Under the pieces are notes generated by a model. It ran no database searches. It saw nothing but the letters and a program-made list of their open reading frames with translations, and was not told the DNA's origin. A stretch of 63,020 nucleotides of DNA, the filler included. It is 5 parts of 5 records of this genome, joined end to end, with 100 filler letters (N's around TTAATTAATTAA, not from the genome) between each part and the next. Parts side by side here need not be neighbours in the genome. Positions count along the whole stretch, not along the records: positions 47,297 to 52,807 come from SRR20825019_2364; positions 52,908 to 63,020 come from SRR20825019_2370; 3 more parts are not named here. One strand, given 5' to 3'. Shown here in pieces: positions 51,902-62,048 of the stretch. A program made the position numbers and the translations under genes. Every line of letters begins with the position of its first letter. Positions within the stretch are counted from its first letter, which is position 1.

Positions 51902-52807
51902 TTAAAATCCGTAAGTGATTCCTAAGCCTGGAACAAAAGCATTGTTCTTATAAGTCCCTCCAAATGGCACATTTTGACCATTTTCTTGATAATAATCGTA
52001 AGACTCGTCCACTTCATCAAAGTGGATGTATAAAAAGGATGCATCCAAAGCAAAACGATTGCTTAATTGGAAAGTGAATCCTCCAGTAAAGTTATTAGAA
52101 TCGTTTCTTGGTGTTTCTGGAGCAAAATATCCAGACTGCACAGGAGATTCATCAAAATAATATCCACCTCTTAAAGTAAAACGATTGGTGGCTTTGTATT
52201 GCAGTCCAAATCTATAAGTGGATGCGTTTTTATAATTACGAGGATTTAAAGATTCTTGTCCATTACTAAAAATAACATCTAATGCTTCGTAAGCACTCCA
52301 GTAAGCTCGGTTGTAATCAAAAGCAACCAACCATTTGTCGTTAATAGCATAAGAAGCTCCAACGGTTAATTCTGCAGGTAAAGGTAAGGAGGCGTTAAAA
52401 GTTACCCCTTCATATAATGGAGCTACTCCAGATGGGACGTTTTGGAAATCTGCTTCACCATTTTTAGCATCCATTTGTATTTCGGAGCGGTAATTAATAC
52501 CTAAAGTAAATTCTTCGGTAGGTCTAACCATTAAACCAAGGTTATATCCCCAAGCACCAATTCCGCTTTTGTCAATAGTAACATTGGCTCTTTCTCCTTC
52601 TGTATTTGTGGTGGTACGGTCAATATTTCTATTGAAGTTAACAGCTCCAGTAGCATAAATAGGTCCCCCTCCTATACTAATTTTATCATTTATTTTAATA
52701 GAAAGTGTAGGCTGAATAAAAATAGCTTGTAAGCTAATGTCGTTTATTAAATGAGAGCCTTCCCAGTTGGTAGGGTATTCAACACCACTACCATATGGAG
52801 TGTAGAT
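51902..52807 (-). CDS. FadL/OmpP1-type outer-membrane beta-barrel transporter (5'-truncated)
   Basis: TPYGSG, FIQPTLS, LRGGYYFDESP, C-terminal aromatic GITYGF; frame appears open to the contig end. Confidence 0.88.
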   Translation of the reverse strand: MYTPYGSGVEYPTNWEGSHLINDISLQAIFIQPTLSIKINDKISIGGGPIYATGAVNFNRNIDRTTTNTEGERANVTIDKSGIGAWGYNLGLMVRPTEEFTLGINYRSEIQMDAKNGEADFQNVPSGVAPLYEGVTFNASLPLPAELTVGASYAINDKWLVAFDYNRAYWSAYEALDVIFSNGQESLNPRNYKNASTYRFGLQYKATNRFTLRGGYYFDESPVQSGYFAPETPRNDSNNFTGGFTFQLSNRFALDASFLYIHFDEVDESYDYYQENGQNVPFGGTYKNNAFVPGLGITYGF

Positions 52808-52907
52808 NNNNNNNNNNNNNNNNNNNNNNNNNNNNNNNNNNNNNNNNNNNNTTAATTAATTAANNNNNNNNNNNNNNNNNNNNNNNNNNNNNNNNNNNNN
52901 NNNNNNN
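52808..52907. other. Artificial contig spacer
   Basis: 44 N + TTAATTAATTAA + 44 N. Confidence 0.99.
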
Positions 52908-52940
52908 TCTAAGTCTAAATGGATTAAATTATTTTCTTTT

Positions 52941-53006
52941 CAATACCTCGTAGCTTGCCTCGAGGTAGTTGATTTTGTATTTTAATCAATAATCTCGATG
53001 TAGAGC
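52941..53006. repeat. REP-like palindromic unit plus a degenerate inverted copy
   Basis: CAATACCTCG-TAGCTTGCCT-CGAGGTAGTTGATT followed by AATCAATAATCTCGATGTAGAGC. Confidence 0.5.
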
Positions 53007-53044
53007 CCTTTGGAAAGCTTAGAATTAAGTCCATGAGGTATTGA

Positions 53045-54076
53045 TTAGGGTTTTAAAACCTCTTCTATTTTATTAATAATATGCTGAGGTAATATAGTTC
53101 TCATAACCTCTTTATAATCTTCTGGGGCTTTATTTCCATAGATAGAGGTTGGAATAAGCGGGTACTTTTCTTTATCAGAAAGTAAGGCATATTCCTTAGG
53201 TTGTTTGTAAGGATAAAATCCAGCGTATGGGTGCGTAACGCCCCAAAGTGTAATTACTTTTACCCCATACATTGCTGCTAAGTGTCCGTTGCCACTATCC
53301 ATAGAGAGCATTAAATCTATGTGAGCAATGAGTTGTAATTCTTCTTCAAACGTAATTTTTTTGAAAGTAAAAACGGTATTTGGATAGGCTGTGCTTAACC
53401 TTTCTAATTCAGATTCATCTTTAGGCCCTCCAAATATAATAATTTTAAAAATGTTGGTTTTTGAGAGGTACTCAATAACCTGTTCCATTAAGTCTATCGG
53501 ATACATTTTTGTATCAAAAAAAGCAAAAGGGGCAATACCAACCCATTTTTTGGAGTCTCTTCCTAGTAAATCATAAATTTTGGAGGGTAAATCGGGGTTT
53601 TTAGGAACAATATCTTTTGAAAGGTCTACTTGGCAGCCTAAAGCTCTAAAAACAGCTGCATAACGCTCTATGGTAGTTTTAAGAGGTTTAAATTCTTTCC
53701 CCGCAACTAAATTCCTCTTTTCAGTTCTTCCTTTATCAATAGTTTTTGAAGAAACATTTTTCAGTTTAAAAAGAGATTTAATTACAGTGCTTCGAAGAGA
53801 GCCGTGTAAATCGGCAATTTCAGTATAATTATTTTCTTTTATTTCTGAATAAAATTTTAGTAAGCCTTTAAAACCTTTATGTTTTCCACGAATGTGAGCA
53901 GTTACCACATCAACACCTTTTACCGTTTCAAAAACAGGTTTTAAAAATGCCTTGGTAGCAACGGTAATTTTGATGTTTTTATTTTGCTGAAGCACACACC
54001 TAAGTACGGGCACAGCAATAGCGGCATCACCAATGTCCGAAAAACGGATTACTAATATATGTTTTGTAGGATTCAT
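53045..54076 (-). CDS. Glycosyltransferase family 9 (heptosyltransferase-like)
   Basis: ILVIRFSDIGD, ADLH, SMDSGNGHLAA, LWGVTHP. Confidence 0.92.
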   Translation of the reverse strand: MNPTKHILVIRFSDIGDAAIAVPVLRCVLQQNKNIKITVATKAFLKPVFETVKGVDVVTAHIRGKHKGFKGLLKFYSEIKENNYTEIADLHGSLRSTVIKSLFKLKNVSSKTIDKGRTEKRNLVAGKEFKPLKTTIERYAAVFRALGCQVDLSKDIVPKNPDLPSKIYDLLGRDSKKWVGIAPFAFFDTKMYPIDLMEQVIEYLSKTNIFKIIIFGGPKDESELERLSTAYPNTVFTFKKITFEEELQLIAHIDLMLSMDSGNGHLAAMYGVKVITLWGVTHPYAGFYPYKQPKEYALLSDKEKYPLIPTSIYGNKAPEDYKEVMRTILPQHIINKIEEVLKP

Positions 54077-54198
54077 TTTACTCGATAATCGAGGTTTTTA
54101 TGTTTCATAGCCTGCCCTGAGTTAACGAAGGACTTAGGTAAAATATTTTTCAGTTTTTCTAATCCCTCTGGTTTGCTTCCAGATAGTTTACTAGGATC

Positions 54199-54933
54199 TT
54201 ATTTCCAATAATTGGCTACCCATTTTGCAGGGCGTACGTATCGATACCATTTCCCACGACCTCCTTTGATTGCTTTATGCGGATTTATTTCCCCATGAAA
54301 AATAATAATTTTTGCGCCTTCAGGGATTTCTGGAACTTTCCAAAATGCAAACGGAATCCTAGAAACACAATCATATTTATAACTTGGGCACCATTCGGTT
54401 GGCCAATAATTTAATAATCCTTTTTCATGAACTGCCCACGAAAGGTATTCTTGCTCATTTCGATGGTCTTTTCTTATAGTATCGAAATTTTCAACAAAAT
54501 AATCGTAAACATAACCATGTTTGCCAATTTCAAACCGATAAACCGATGAGTTTCCTGTAATTCGCCATTGTTTGTTATAATCTTTAATAATCATAAAGGC
54601 GTTATCATCTTCAAAAAAACAATCGATATTATCTACAATAACTACATCTAAATCTAAAAATAAAGCGGTTCCTTGCAATCCATAAAGGTCTTCTTTTAGC
54701 GTAGTTAGCTTTTTCCACATCCGCTCAGGAAGGTTGGAGTTTATTTTAACTTCTGGAATGGGAAAACATTTAATATCTTCATCAATTCCAGTTTCATCAT
54801 CTGTAAAACAAACCATGGTAAAAGGGAGCGTTAAATTGCGCTTTACCATACTGTGCAAACGGTTTACATAGGTAGCATCGTAAAGTGTACCCCACTTCAT
54901 GCAAAAAATATGAATGTCTTTTTTATTACTCAT
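54199..54933 (-). CDS. Putative GT-A fold glycosyltransferase
   Basis: CMKWG..Y...YVNRL, CFTDD, LFLDLDVVI (DxD), NSSV.RF, EQ.Y, IIFHG..NP. Confidence 0.8.
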   Translation of the reverse strand: MSNKKDIHIFCMKWGTLYDATYVNRLHSMVKRNLTLPFTMVCFTDDETGIDEDIKCFPIPEVKINSNLPERMWKKLTTLKEDLYGLQGTALFLDLDVVIVDNIDCFFEDDNAFMIIKDYNKQWRITGNSSVYRFEIGKHGYVYDYFVENFDTIRKDHRNEQEYLSWAVHEKGLLNYWPTEWCPSYKYDCVSRIPFAFWKVPEIPEGAKIIIFHGEINPHKAIKGGRGKWYRYVRPAKWVANYWK

Positions 54934-54940
54934 CTTTAGT

Positions 54941-55540
54941 TTATTTCTTGTAAAGTACAGGGTTTAAGTTTTCGTCGTTGTACATTTTCATCTGTTTGTA
55001 CACCTTCATATATTTTTTCCCTGTTTCTATATCATTTAAAAGCTGATCAATAGCCAATGAAAGGTCTTTTTTTTGTTCTAGGAGAATTGTTAGCTTTTCT
55101 TGACATTGTTTTTTATGATTTTCTGAAGCATCGGCACGCGTAACTTCTTCTTTCATATGATAAATTTTCAATGCCAAAATTGAAAGTCGGTCAATAGCCC
55201 AAGCAGGACTTTCCGAATTGATGGTAGCATCGGGTTGTACAGAAACGTCTTTATATTTCTGAAGAAAATAACTATCAATATATTCTACCGTATCGGTCCG
55301 ATCTTGATTTGATGCATCTATTTTTCGTTTCAATACCAAGGCTTCTTTCTCATTAATATTTGGATCACGAATAATATCTTCGTAGTGCCACTGTACGGTA
55401 TCAATCCAATTTTTGCGGTATAAAAGATGGGAAATATCATCTTTTGGATACGGATTTTCAAAGGGTTGATTTACCGTATCTTTTATATGATAGGTAAGAA
55501 TACTCTCTTCAAAAATTTTAAAAGCAAGTTCGCTAAACAT
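54941..55540 (-). CDS. DUF4254 family protein
   Basis: WIDTVQWHYEDIIR, KRKIDASNQDR, ESPAWAIDRLSILALK. Confidence 0.9.
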   Translation of the reverse strand: MFSELAFKIFEESILTYHIKDTVNQPFENPYPKDDISHLLYRKNWIDTVQWHYEDIIRDPNINEKEALVLKRKIDASNQDRTDTVEYIDSYFLQKYKDVSVQPDATINSESPAWAIDRLSILALKIYHMKEEVTRADASENHKKQCQEKLTILLEQKKDLSLAIDQLLNDIETGKKYMKVYKQMKMYNDENLNPVLYKK

Positions 55541-55635
55541 TCAATTTTTACTTTAAACCACAAATATACTTATTTAAAGACGGATGAATTTAGAGAATGT
55601 GTAAATTTGAGAGAAGAATTAAAAGAATTGTTTTG

Positions 55636-56292
55636 ATGAAGGTCCATAATTTAAGTGAAACAAACTCTGTTGTTAATCATTTTTTAGCTGAAATAAGAAA
55701 TGTCAACATTCAAAATGATAGGATGCGTTTTAGAAGAAACATTGAGCGTATTGGAGAAATTTTAGCTTATGAAATGAGTAAAAGTTTACATTTTTCTTCG
55801 GAAGAAATACAGACTCCATTGTCAGAAATTAAAGCAAACTTGATTGATGACAAGGTAGTTGTTTGTTCTATTTTGCGTGCAGGTGTTCCGTTGCACAACG
55901 GAATTTTAAATTATTTTGATTGGGTAGATTCTTCATTTATATCTGCATATCGTTATCATATTTCAGAAACAGAATTTGAAATTAATGTGGAGTACCTTGC
56001 TTCACAAAACTTAGATAATAAAGTGCTTATTCTGGCCGACCCAATGCTGGCAACTGGACAATCATTATTGGCAACTTTTGAAGCACTCACAAAGGTGGGT
56101 TTACCTAAAGAAGTGCACATAATTTCTGTTATTGCTGCACAGCCAGGCATAGATTTTTTAAAAGATAAACTTCCTCAGGAAACTCAGCTTTGGATTGGCG
56201 CTATTGATGAGAAGTTAAATGATAAGGGTTATATTGTTCCAGGCCTTGGCGACGCTGGAGATCTAGCCTATGGCGAAAAGCTACAAAAATAA
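55636..56292 (+). CDS. upp: Uracil phosphoribosyltransferase
   Basis: ILRAG, ADPMLATG, YIVPGLGDAGD. Confidence 0.96.
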   Translation: MKVHNLSETNSVVNHFLAEIRNVNIQNDRMRFRRNIERIGEILAYEMSKSLHFSSEEIQTPLSEIKANLIDDKVVVCSILRAGVPLHNGILNYFDWVDSSFISAYRYHISETEFEINVEYLASQNLDNKVLILADPMLATGQSLLATFEALTKVGLPKEVHIISVIAAQPGIDFLKDKLPQETQLWIGAIDEKLNDKGYIVPGLGDAGDLAYGEKLQK

Positions 56293-57204
56293 AATTATAA
56301 AAGGCAAGATTATAAAAGACCACAAAAAGATCTCTTTTATCCATAGTTTTTTAATATTCTCCACATTTTTTGCAATAATTATGGAGAGTGGAAAAATGGA
56401 AAATATAACTTCAGAAGTGTTTGCACTTTCCGAAATTATAGCCACTAAAATTGCTAAGATGAGCATGAGAAAAATTAAAATCCCAGGAACTCTAGTAACA
56501 AAAGACTTGCTTTGCTTCCTTAAAAAAAATGCTATAGTGCTCCAAATTCCCATTACACAAATAAATAGTAGCGGAATGATATAACGGATGTCTTCATATT
56601 TTTCTATGGTAAATTCTGGCGCAAAATAAACTAAGGAATAGAATTTTTCTAGATGATTTGTTAGGTAATAAAAAGTGAATGCCAACACAAGAACTACCGA
56701 TAATGCTACAAATGGAATAAGTAAATTTCGATAATCATTTTTTTTATAAAGAAAAATTCCAGCAAAAACTAATAGAATAAATAGTAGCGACCAGCTGTAA
56801 AAAAAAGTGGCGACAAATACCCAAAGAGAGGCATCAAAAATTTTAATTTCTATATCTCTATTTGAACGAATACTAACCAATCTTCTAAAAGACATTAAAA
56901 TAAACACATTGGATATAAGAAGATTTGTTTGGTTAAATATCTTTGGAAACAAACAGAATATCAGAACAAAGAAAAATAAAGTAAAAGAATTACTCTTTGT
57001 CAAAAAGTTTTTTCTGTTGATAAAATCAATTAAAAATAAAGAGGTTATTATGATGATAAGTGACTGAAACAGTTTGATTAAAACCTCTAATGTAAACGGC
57101 ACTTCTAAATACAAAAAAAAGCCTCCAATAAGAAATAAGGAGATAAAAACACAAAGAATTATGAAGTTTATAGGATTAGTTCTTTCAAAAATGCTTGATA
57201 TCAT
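56281..57204 (-). CDS. Conserved Bacteroidota polytopic membrane protein (DUF6427-like)
   Basis: About 9 TM helices, KIFDAS motif; usual neighbour of upp. Confidence 0.7.
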   Translation of the reverse strand: MISSIFERTNPINFIILCVFISLFLIGGFFLYLEVPFTLEVLIKLFQSLIIIITSLFLIDFINRKNFLTKSNSFTLFFFVLIFCLFPKIFNQTNLLISNVFILMSFRRLVSIRSNRDIEIKIFDASLWVFVATFFYSWSLLFILLVFAGIFLYKKNDYRNLLIPFVALSVVLVLAFTFYYLTNHLEKFYSLVYFAPEFTIEKYEDIRYIIPLLFICVMGIWSTIAFFLRKQSKSFVTRVPGILIFLMLILAILVAIISESANTSEVIFSIFPLSIIIAKNVENIKKLWIKEIFLWSFIILPFIILFL

Positions 57205-57252
57205 GTCAGGTTTTTGTATTTTTGCGCTGTAAATTTAATATATCTTTTACTG

Positions 57253-57462
57253 ATGAGTGACTTTTTCTATGGTATTCAGGATTTATTTGAGAACGTTTTG
57301 TTCATTCCTTTAGATGCTTTACGCTTTTTAAACAGTTGGTGGTTGTCAAACATAATCAATTGTATTTTTATAACTATTGGTTTCATTGCTTTCTTTTATT
57401 GGATGAAACAAATGAAAATATATAGTGAAGAAGAAAAGGATACTTACAAGACTATTCAATAA
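57253..57462 (+). CDS. Small conserved membrane protein (DUF6341-like)
   Basis: FF.GI..LFE.VLF.P.D.LR...SWW..N.IN..F...G..AF.YWMKQ. Confidence 0.75.
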   Translation: MSDFFYGIQDLFENVLFIPLDALRFLNSWWLSNIINCIFITIGFIAFFYWMKQMKIYSEEEKDTYKTIQ

Positions 57463-57491
57463 GAATTAATAATACCTTATTTTTCGATATA

Positions 57492-57528
57492 AAAAAATCC
57501 TATCAAATTTAATTTGATAGGATTTTTT
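57492..57528. terminator. Bidirectional terminator between convergent genes
   Basis: AAAAAATCCTATCAAAT..ATTTGATAGGATTTTTT. Confidence 0.85.
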
Positions 57529-57547
57529 AGTGTTTATATGTTTGCTA

Positions 57548-58618
57548 TTATTTTTTATGTTGTTCAGCAGCATACTCTTTCAAGAATTTATTCAATTCTA
57601 ATAAAGATAAGCCAAGTAAAACAAGTCCTAATAAAGTAATAGGAAGTAAAAACATATATCTTTTAAAGATGCTTTTGGCCTCTACACCCCTTCTTGGGAA
57701 GTCTGAAATAACATTTACAATTTCAGATTTATTGGCTCTGTCTTCGTTTAATTGAACCAAGTCTTGTTTTATTAAATCAACTTGTTTAATTAAAGCAAGT
57801 TCTTTATTTTGTTCTGTATTTCCACCTTCACCTAAACTAATACTGGTTCCCTGCATAGGTTTATCAGCTTCTTTCTCCATAACTCTTTTATACAAGCCTT
57901 GTAAAGAGTCTATTTCAACAAGCTGTCTCTTTAAGATACTATCTTGCATGGTTAAGTTAAGTTCTCGAATATTCTTTTGAACCTTAAAATAATCATTTCT
58001 AGAGATAGATTGAATAATTGGCCCTTGAATTTTTTTAGCAACTCTACTATCCGTAGCTTTTACAATAACAGTATGGAAACGAGCATCAAAAGAATTAAAG
58101 TTTTCTAGATACTTCTCCATATCAATAGCTTTCTGCGTAGTGGTATCTAAGCTTCTTACAAATTCGTCAAATAATTTTACTTTTTGATTTTCATCAGAAT
58201 AAGATTCTGCTTCAATCTCTTTAATACTAGCAGCCTCATGGACATCAATTTCAAAAGCCTCAGCCAATGCTACAGAGTCTTCAGCTTCTGCTAATTCATT
58301 ATAAAAATTTATATTATTATAAAGCTGTTGTACACTTTGGAAGTTTGGTTCTAAAACCATAGTAGAAACGTAAACAGGCTCTTTTCTATAATCTAAATAG
58401 CCTCCAATTACTACTCCAATTACACCTGCAATTATAAATTTAATAATGTGTAGTTGGATAAAAAGCAAGAAGGCAATTATGATTCCAAAAATGCCTTTAA
58501 TAATGTTTCCGATAAAATTGAAGAATTTGCGAAATCCATCTCCAATCATTTTGAAAAGTTGTCCTAAATCTATTTCCTCGGAATTGTTGTTCTGGTTAGG
58601 TTGAACATTCTCGCTCAT
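57548..58618 (-). CDS. Wzz-like polysaccharide chain-length/co-polymerase-type membrane protein
   Basis: N-terminal EEIDL..LF, TM, periplasmic coiled coil, C-terminal TM. Confidence 0.7.
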   Translation of the reverse strand: MSENVQPNQNNNSEEIDLGQLFKMIGDGFRKFFNFIGNIIKGIFGIIIAFLLFIQLHIIKFIIAGVIGVVIGGYLDYRKEPVYVSTMVLEPNFQSVQQLYNNINFYNELAEAEDSVALAEAFEIDVHEAASIKEIEAESYSDENQKVKLFDEFVRSLDTTTQKAIDMEKYLENFNSFDARFHTVIVKATDSRVAKKIQGPIIQSISRNDYFKVQKNIRELNLTMQDSILKRQLVEIDSLQGLYKRVMEKEADKPMQGTSISLGEGGNTEQNKELALIKQVDLIKQDLVQLNEDRANKSEIVNVISDFPRRGVEAKSIFKRYMFLLPITLLGLVLLGLSLLELNKFLKEYAAEQHKK

Positions 58619-58623
58619 GCTAG

Positions 58624-60315
58624 TTAGTTGTTTTTAAAAATTTGTTCTAAAATCTTTTTCGTTATTAAATAAGTAGGCTTTACACCCGTAATTCCTAATC
58701 CACCAGATGCTAAGGTACTTCCCGTTTCTAAAGGATTATCTGAAGCGTAATAAGCGTAACGCACTTTCACATCTTCAGAAATGCTCTTTCTAATTTTAGA
58801 AGCAGATTGTATAGCTTTTTGATAATGTGCTCCTTCCATTTCTAAACCAATTACATTCCAAGTACTATCGTAAAAGAACTTTAAAATATCCTTATTCTGA
58901 AGCGAAGTTCCTAGAACACTAATCATAGTTCCTTCAAACACTTGTAAACCATTTCCTTCAAAATCTTTGGCACATAATTCGTTTTTAAAAGGATAATTAT
59001 CTGCCGTTCCCTCAAAAATATGCGCGCTAGGAATCATTAAATCTCCTTTTCCTCCTTCTAAAATCCCAGCTTTTCCCATTATAGATACCGAATCTATATT
59101 TAAAAATTCTTTATCTTCTCCTTTAGCTTTATAGGGTTTTAAAAGCTCATCAATGGTTTCATAAGCTTGCTCTCCAAAAGCATAATCCATTACAAAAAGA
59201 ACAGGCATCTGATCTTTTTCAATGTTGCTGTCAAAAGTAAAATTTATTTTGTCAAAATCAATCTTTGAGGTGTCAAAAATTTGAACATCTATATTGGTGC
59301 CAGATGTATCGTCAATACTAATCATACCATTCTTTTCGGCAAAAGCTTTTACTTTCCCTCTTAGAAAAGAACTTTCTGGCTGACTCAACATCTCGTAAAC
59401 GTCATAATCGTTTTTCTGACTACTAAATTCTTTCTTTAAAACTGCCGAGGCGAATAAAGAATTCATCACACTGTGCATGTTGGCACTTATAATATGAATA
59501 GGGCGGTGTAGGATATTATTCTTTTTAAGAATTTTTTTTATGTTGTTGGCCCAAATTTCTCCGTGAATATGGTGACCTAAACGTTCTCTTAATACAGGAC
59601 TGAAAGTGATGGTTCTTTTATTACCATCTATTAATTCTTCCAGAGCAATTTTTCCCATCCAATACACAATTTCTAAAAATCTTTCGGGGCTGTCTTTGAT
59701 GGAGAATAATTTATGAGCTGCTAAGCATTCTTCAAAAGTTCTTCCTAAAATACTTGCTGCATGGCTAAGTGCTATTTCTCTTTCAGGCTGTGTAAGTTTA
59801 TTTTTTAAAACTGCTTCTTCTAACTTCTGCCAATCTCTAATAGTTTGCCCAGATTCTTCTATAAAAACATTATCGGCAATTTTATGAGATTCAATAAATA
59901 GAAATGTAAGATGTGTTAAAATATCGTAGATGTCTGAGCGCCCTCTTGTAATCTCAATATTCATTTGGTCGTTGTCAATGCGGTAGCAATTTCTCCTCCT
60001 TTTCGGTGGAATAATTACCTTAAAACTAGAATTTTTGTATCCCTCTTCCGAAGTTAAATTTATATATCTGCATTGTTCTATCCCAATAGGAAGCCTATCA
60101 AGAATATAAACCAACCCATTAAGTTCTACTTTTTCTTCTGCAACAGAACCGTAGATTTCTGGACGTAATTGTAATAAAGATTCTCGTAATGTTTCTCCAG
60201 ACACTCCCATTGGTTTGTAAAAACCACGATTAAATAGGTGTCTCATAGCGATATACATTCGCTCTATTGCTCCTGAAGATTCTTGAGCTCTTGTTCTAGA
60301 TTTTATTTTACTCAT
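58624..60315 (-). CDS. Conserved Bacteroidota protein (DUF6909-like; PNP/AMP-nucleosidase-like C-terminus)
   Basis: DYAFGEQA, MGKAGIL.G.KGD, GLEMEG, YYASDNP. Confidence 0.75.
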   Translation of the reverse strand: MSKIKSRTRAQESSGAIERMYIAMRHLFNRGFYKPMGVSGETLRESLLQLRPEIYGSVAEEKVELNGLVYILDRLPIGIEQCRYINLTSEEGYKNSSFKVIIPPKRRRNCYRIDNDQMNIEITRGRSDIYDILTHLTFLFIESHKIADNVFIEESGQTIRDWQKLEEAVLKNKLTQPEREIALSHAASILGRTFEECLAAHKLFSIKDSPERFLEIVYWMGKIALEELIDGNKRTITFSPVLRERLGHHIHGEIWANNIKKILKKNNILHRPIHIISANMHSVMNSLFASAVLKKEFSSQKNDYDVYEMLSQPESSFLRGKVKAFAEKNGMISIDDTSGTNIDVQIFDTSKIDFDKINFTFDSNIEKDQMPVLFVMDYAFGEQAYETIDELLKPYKAKGEDKEFLNIDSVSIMGKAGILEGGKGDLMIPSAHIFEGTADNYPFKNELCAKDFEGNGLQVFEGTMISVLGTSLQNKDILKFFYDSTWNVIGLEMEGAHYQKAIQSASKIRKSISEDVKVRYAYYASDNPLETGSTLASGGLGITGVKPTYLITKKILEQIFKNN

Positions 60316-60542
60316 AAGATATTTTACTGAGCAAAAATACAAGTTCTTTTTGAAATTACTTATTTTTTGTGCAGATAAGCTTCATTTTATGAAGTATAAT
60401 GCTTATGAAAGCGAAAATTAACTCTCTCAATTCCTTATAAAGAGTTTTTTGTTTAAAGTCTACCTTTATTTTATTGAAAGCTTAACATCAATTAAATATG
60501 ATTTTTTGAAGCAAGAAATTAAGTCATTAGAATGATAATTTT

Positions 60543-62042
60543 TTATCTTTTTATAAATTCTTCTAAAGCATCAGCAATTTTTCTGTCGTTGGCAAGGCGT
60601 TGTATTTTATTTTGCCCCCCAAGTTTTCCTTTAGATTTCATAAAATTGGTAAAAGCGCCAGAATCAAGACTTGTAATTTTTAATTGCTGAAGTACTTTTC
60701 CTTGAATTAAATCAAAATAATAGCTGTTTTGCTGTTGTAGTGTTTCGTCTATTTTTTTTGCAAAACCCTCCATATCGGATGGTTTTTCTTCAAATTCAAT
60801 AAACCATTCATGGTAAGGTAATTCGTTGTTTTCTGGATTAATCTGTGGTGCAACCGTAAACTCGTTTATAGAAGCTCCAAATGCTTGAATAGCTTCTCGC
60901 ATGGACTGCTCTACTTCTTTTGCAATAACATGTTCCCCAAAGGCAGATATAAAATGTTTTATTCTCCCAGAAACAATAACTCTGTATGGTTTTAATGAAG
61001 TAAATTGTATGGTATCTCCAACATTATAACTCCATAAACCAGCGTTTGTAGAAATTATCATAACATAATTTACATGGAGTTCAACCTCTTTAATGGTTAG
61101 TCTTTTTGCAGCTTCCGAATTAAAGTCGTCTGCTTTTATAAACTCGTAGAAAATCCCAGAATTTAGTAATAATAGCATTCCTTTTTCACGCTGAGAATCT
61201 TGGTAAGCAAAAAAACCTTCACTAGCAGGGAAAAGTTCAATGCTGTCTACTTTTCTTCCTATTAAAGCTTCAAACTTTGCTCTATAAGGCTCAAAATTTA
61301 CACCACCATAAATAAAGAGATTGAAGTTTTTAAATACATCTCCTACTTTTTTTGAGGTTTTCTGCTGAATTCTCTCAAAGTACATTTGCACCCACGAAGG
61401 AATTCCACTAATTACCGTCATATTTTCTGGGAGCGTCTCTTCTACAATAGCATCTACTTTGGTTTCCCAATCTTCAATTTTATTTGTTTCCCAGCTAGGG
61501 AGTCTATTTTTCTGAAGATACCCAGGTACGTAATGTGCTACAATTCCAGATAATCGTCCGAGTTTAATTCCGTTTTTCTCGTCTAATACTGGACTTCCTT
61601 GTAAGAAAATCATTTTACCATCTACAAAATCAGCGTTTCCTGTTTCATAAATGTAATTTAGAATAGCATTTCTTGCTGCTTCAATATGATGCGGCATGGA
61701 ATCTTTAGTAATAGGAATGTATTTAGCTCCAGAGGTGGTTCCAGATGTTTTTGCAAAATAAGCAGGCTTTTCTGGCCATAAAATGTTTTCCTCGCCTTTT
61801 ACAACACGCTCAATATAGGGTTTTAATTCTTCGTAATCTCTAACAGGAACTCGCTTAGCAAAATCTGAAAAGGATTCAATTTCCTCAAAATTATGATCTT
61901 TACCAAATTGTGTGTTTTTTGCTCCTTCAATTAACGCTTTGAAAACTTTTTGTTGTGTTTCCACAGGAGAATTAATCCACTTTTGGTTTTTATAGTGTAT
62001 ATATTTGGCAAATATTTTGGCAGCAAATGCTTTTAGTGACAT
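60543..62042 (-). CDS. GH3 family acyl-adenylate/amido synthetase
   Basis: FAKTSGTTSG.KYIP, PASEGFFA, Y.VGD, GGQNK..RL. Confidence 0.93.
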   Translation of the reverse strand: MSLKAFAAKIFAKYIHYKNQKWINSPVETQQKVFKALIEGAKNTQFGKDHNFEEIESFSDFAKRVPVRDYEELKPYIERVVKGEENILWPEKPAYFAKTSGTTSGAKYIPITKDSMPHHIEAARNAILNYIYETGNADFVDGKMIFLQGSPVLDEKNGIKLGRLSGIVAHYVPGYLQKNRLPSWETNKIEDWETKVDAIVEETLPENMTVISGIPSWVQMYFERIQQKTSKKVGDVFKNFNLFIYGGVNFEPYRAKFEALIGRKVDSIELFPASEGFFAYQDSQREKGMLLLLNSGIFYEFIKADDFNSEAAKRLTIKEVELHVNYVMIISTNAGLWSYNVGDTIQFTSLKPYRVIVSGRIKHFISAFGEHVIAKEVEQSMREAIQAFGASINEFTVAPQINPENNELPYHEWFIEFEEKPSDMEGFAKKIDETLQQQNSYYFDLIQGKVLQQLKITSLDSGAFTNFMKSKGKLGGQNKIQRLANDRKIADALEEFIKR

Positions 62043-62048
62043 ATAGTT

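Noticed and set aside
60543-62042. GH3 'auxin-responsive' gene as a plant-derived transfer
   Set aside because: GH3 homologues next to an M23 peptidase are widespread in Bacteroidota
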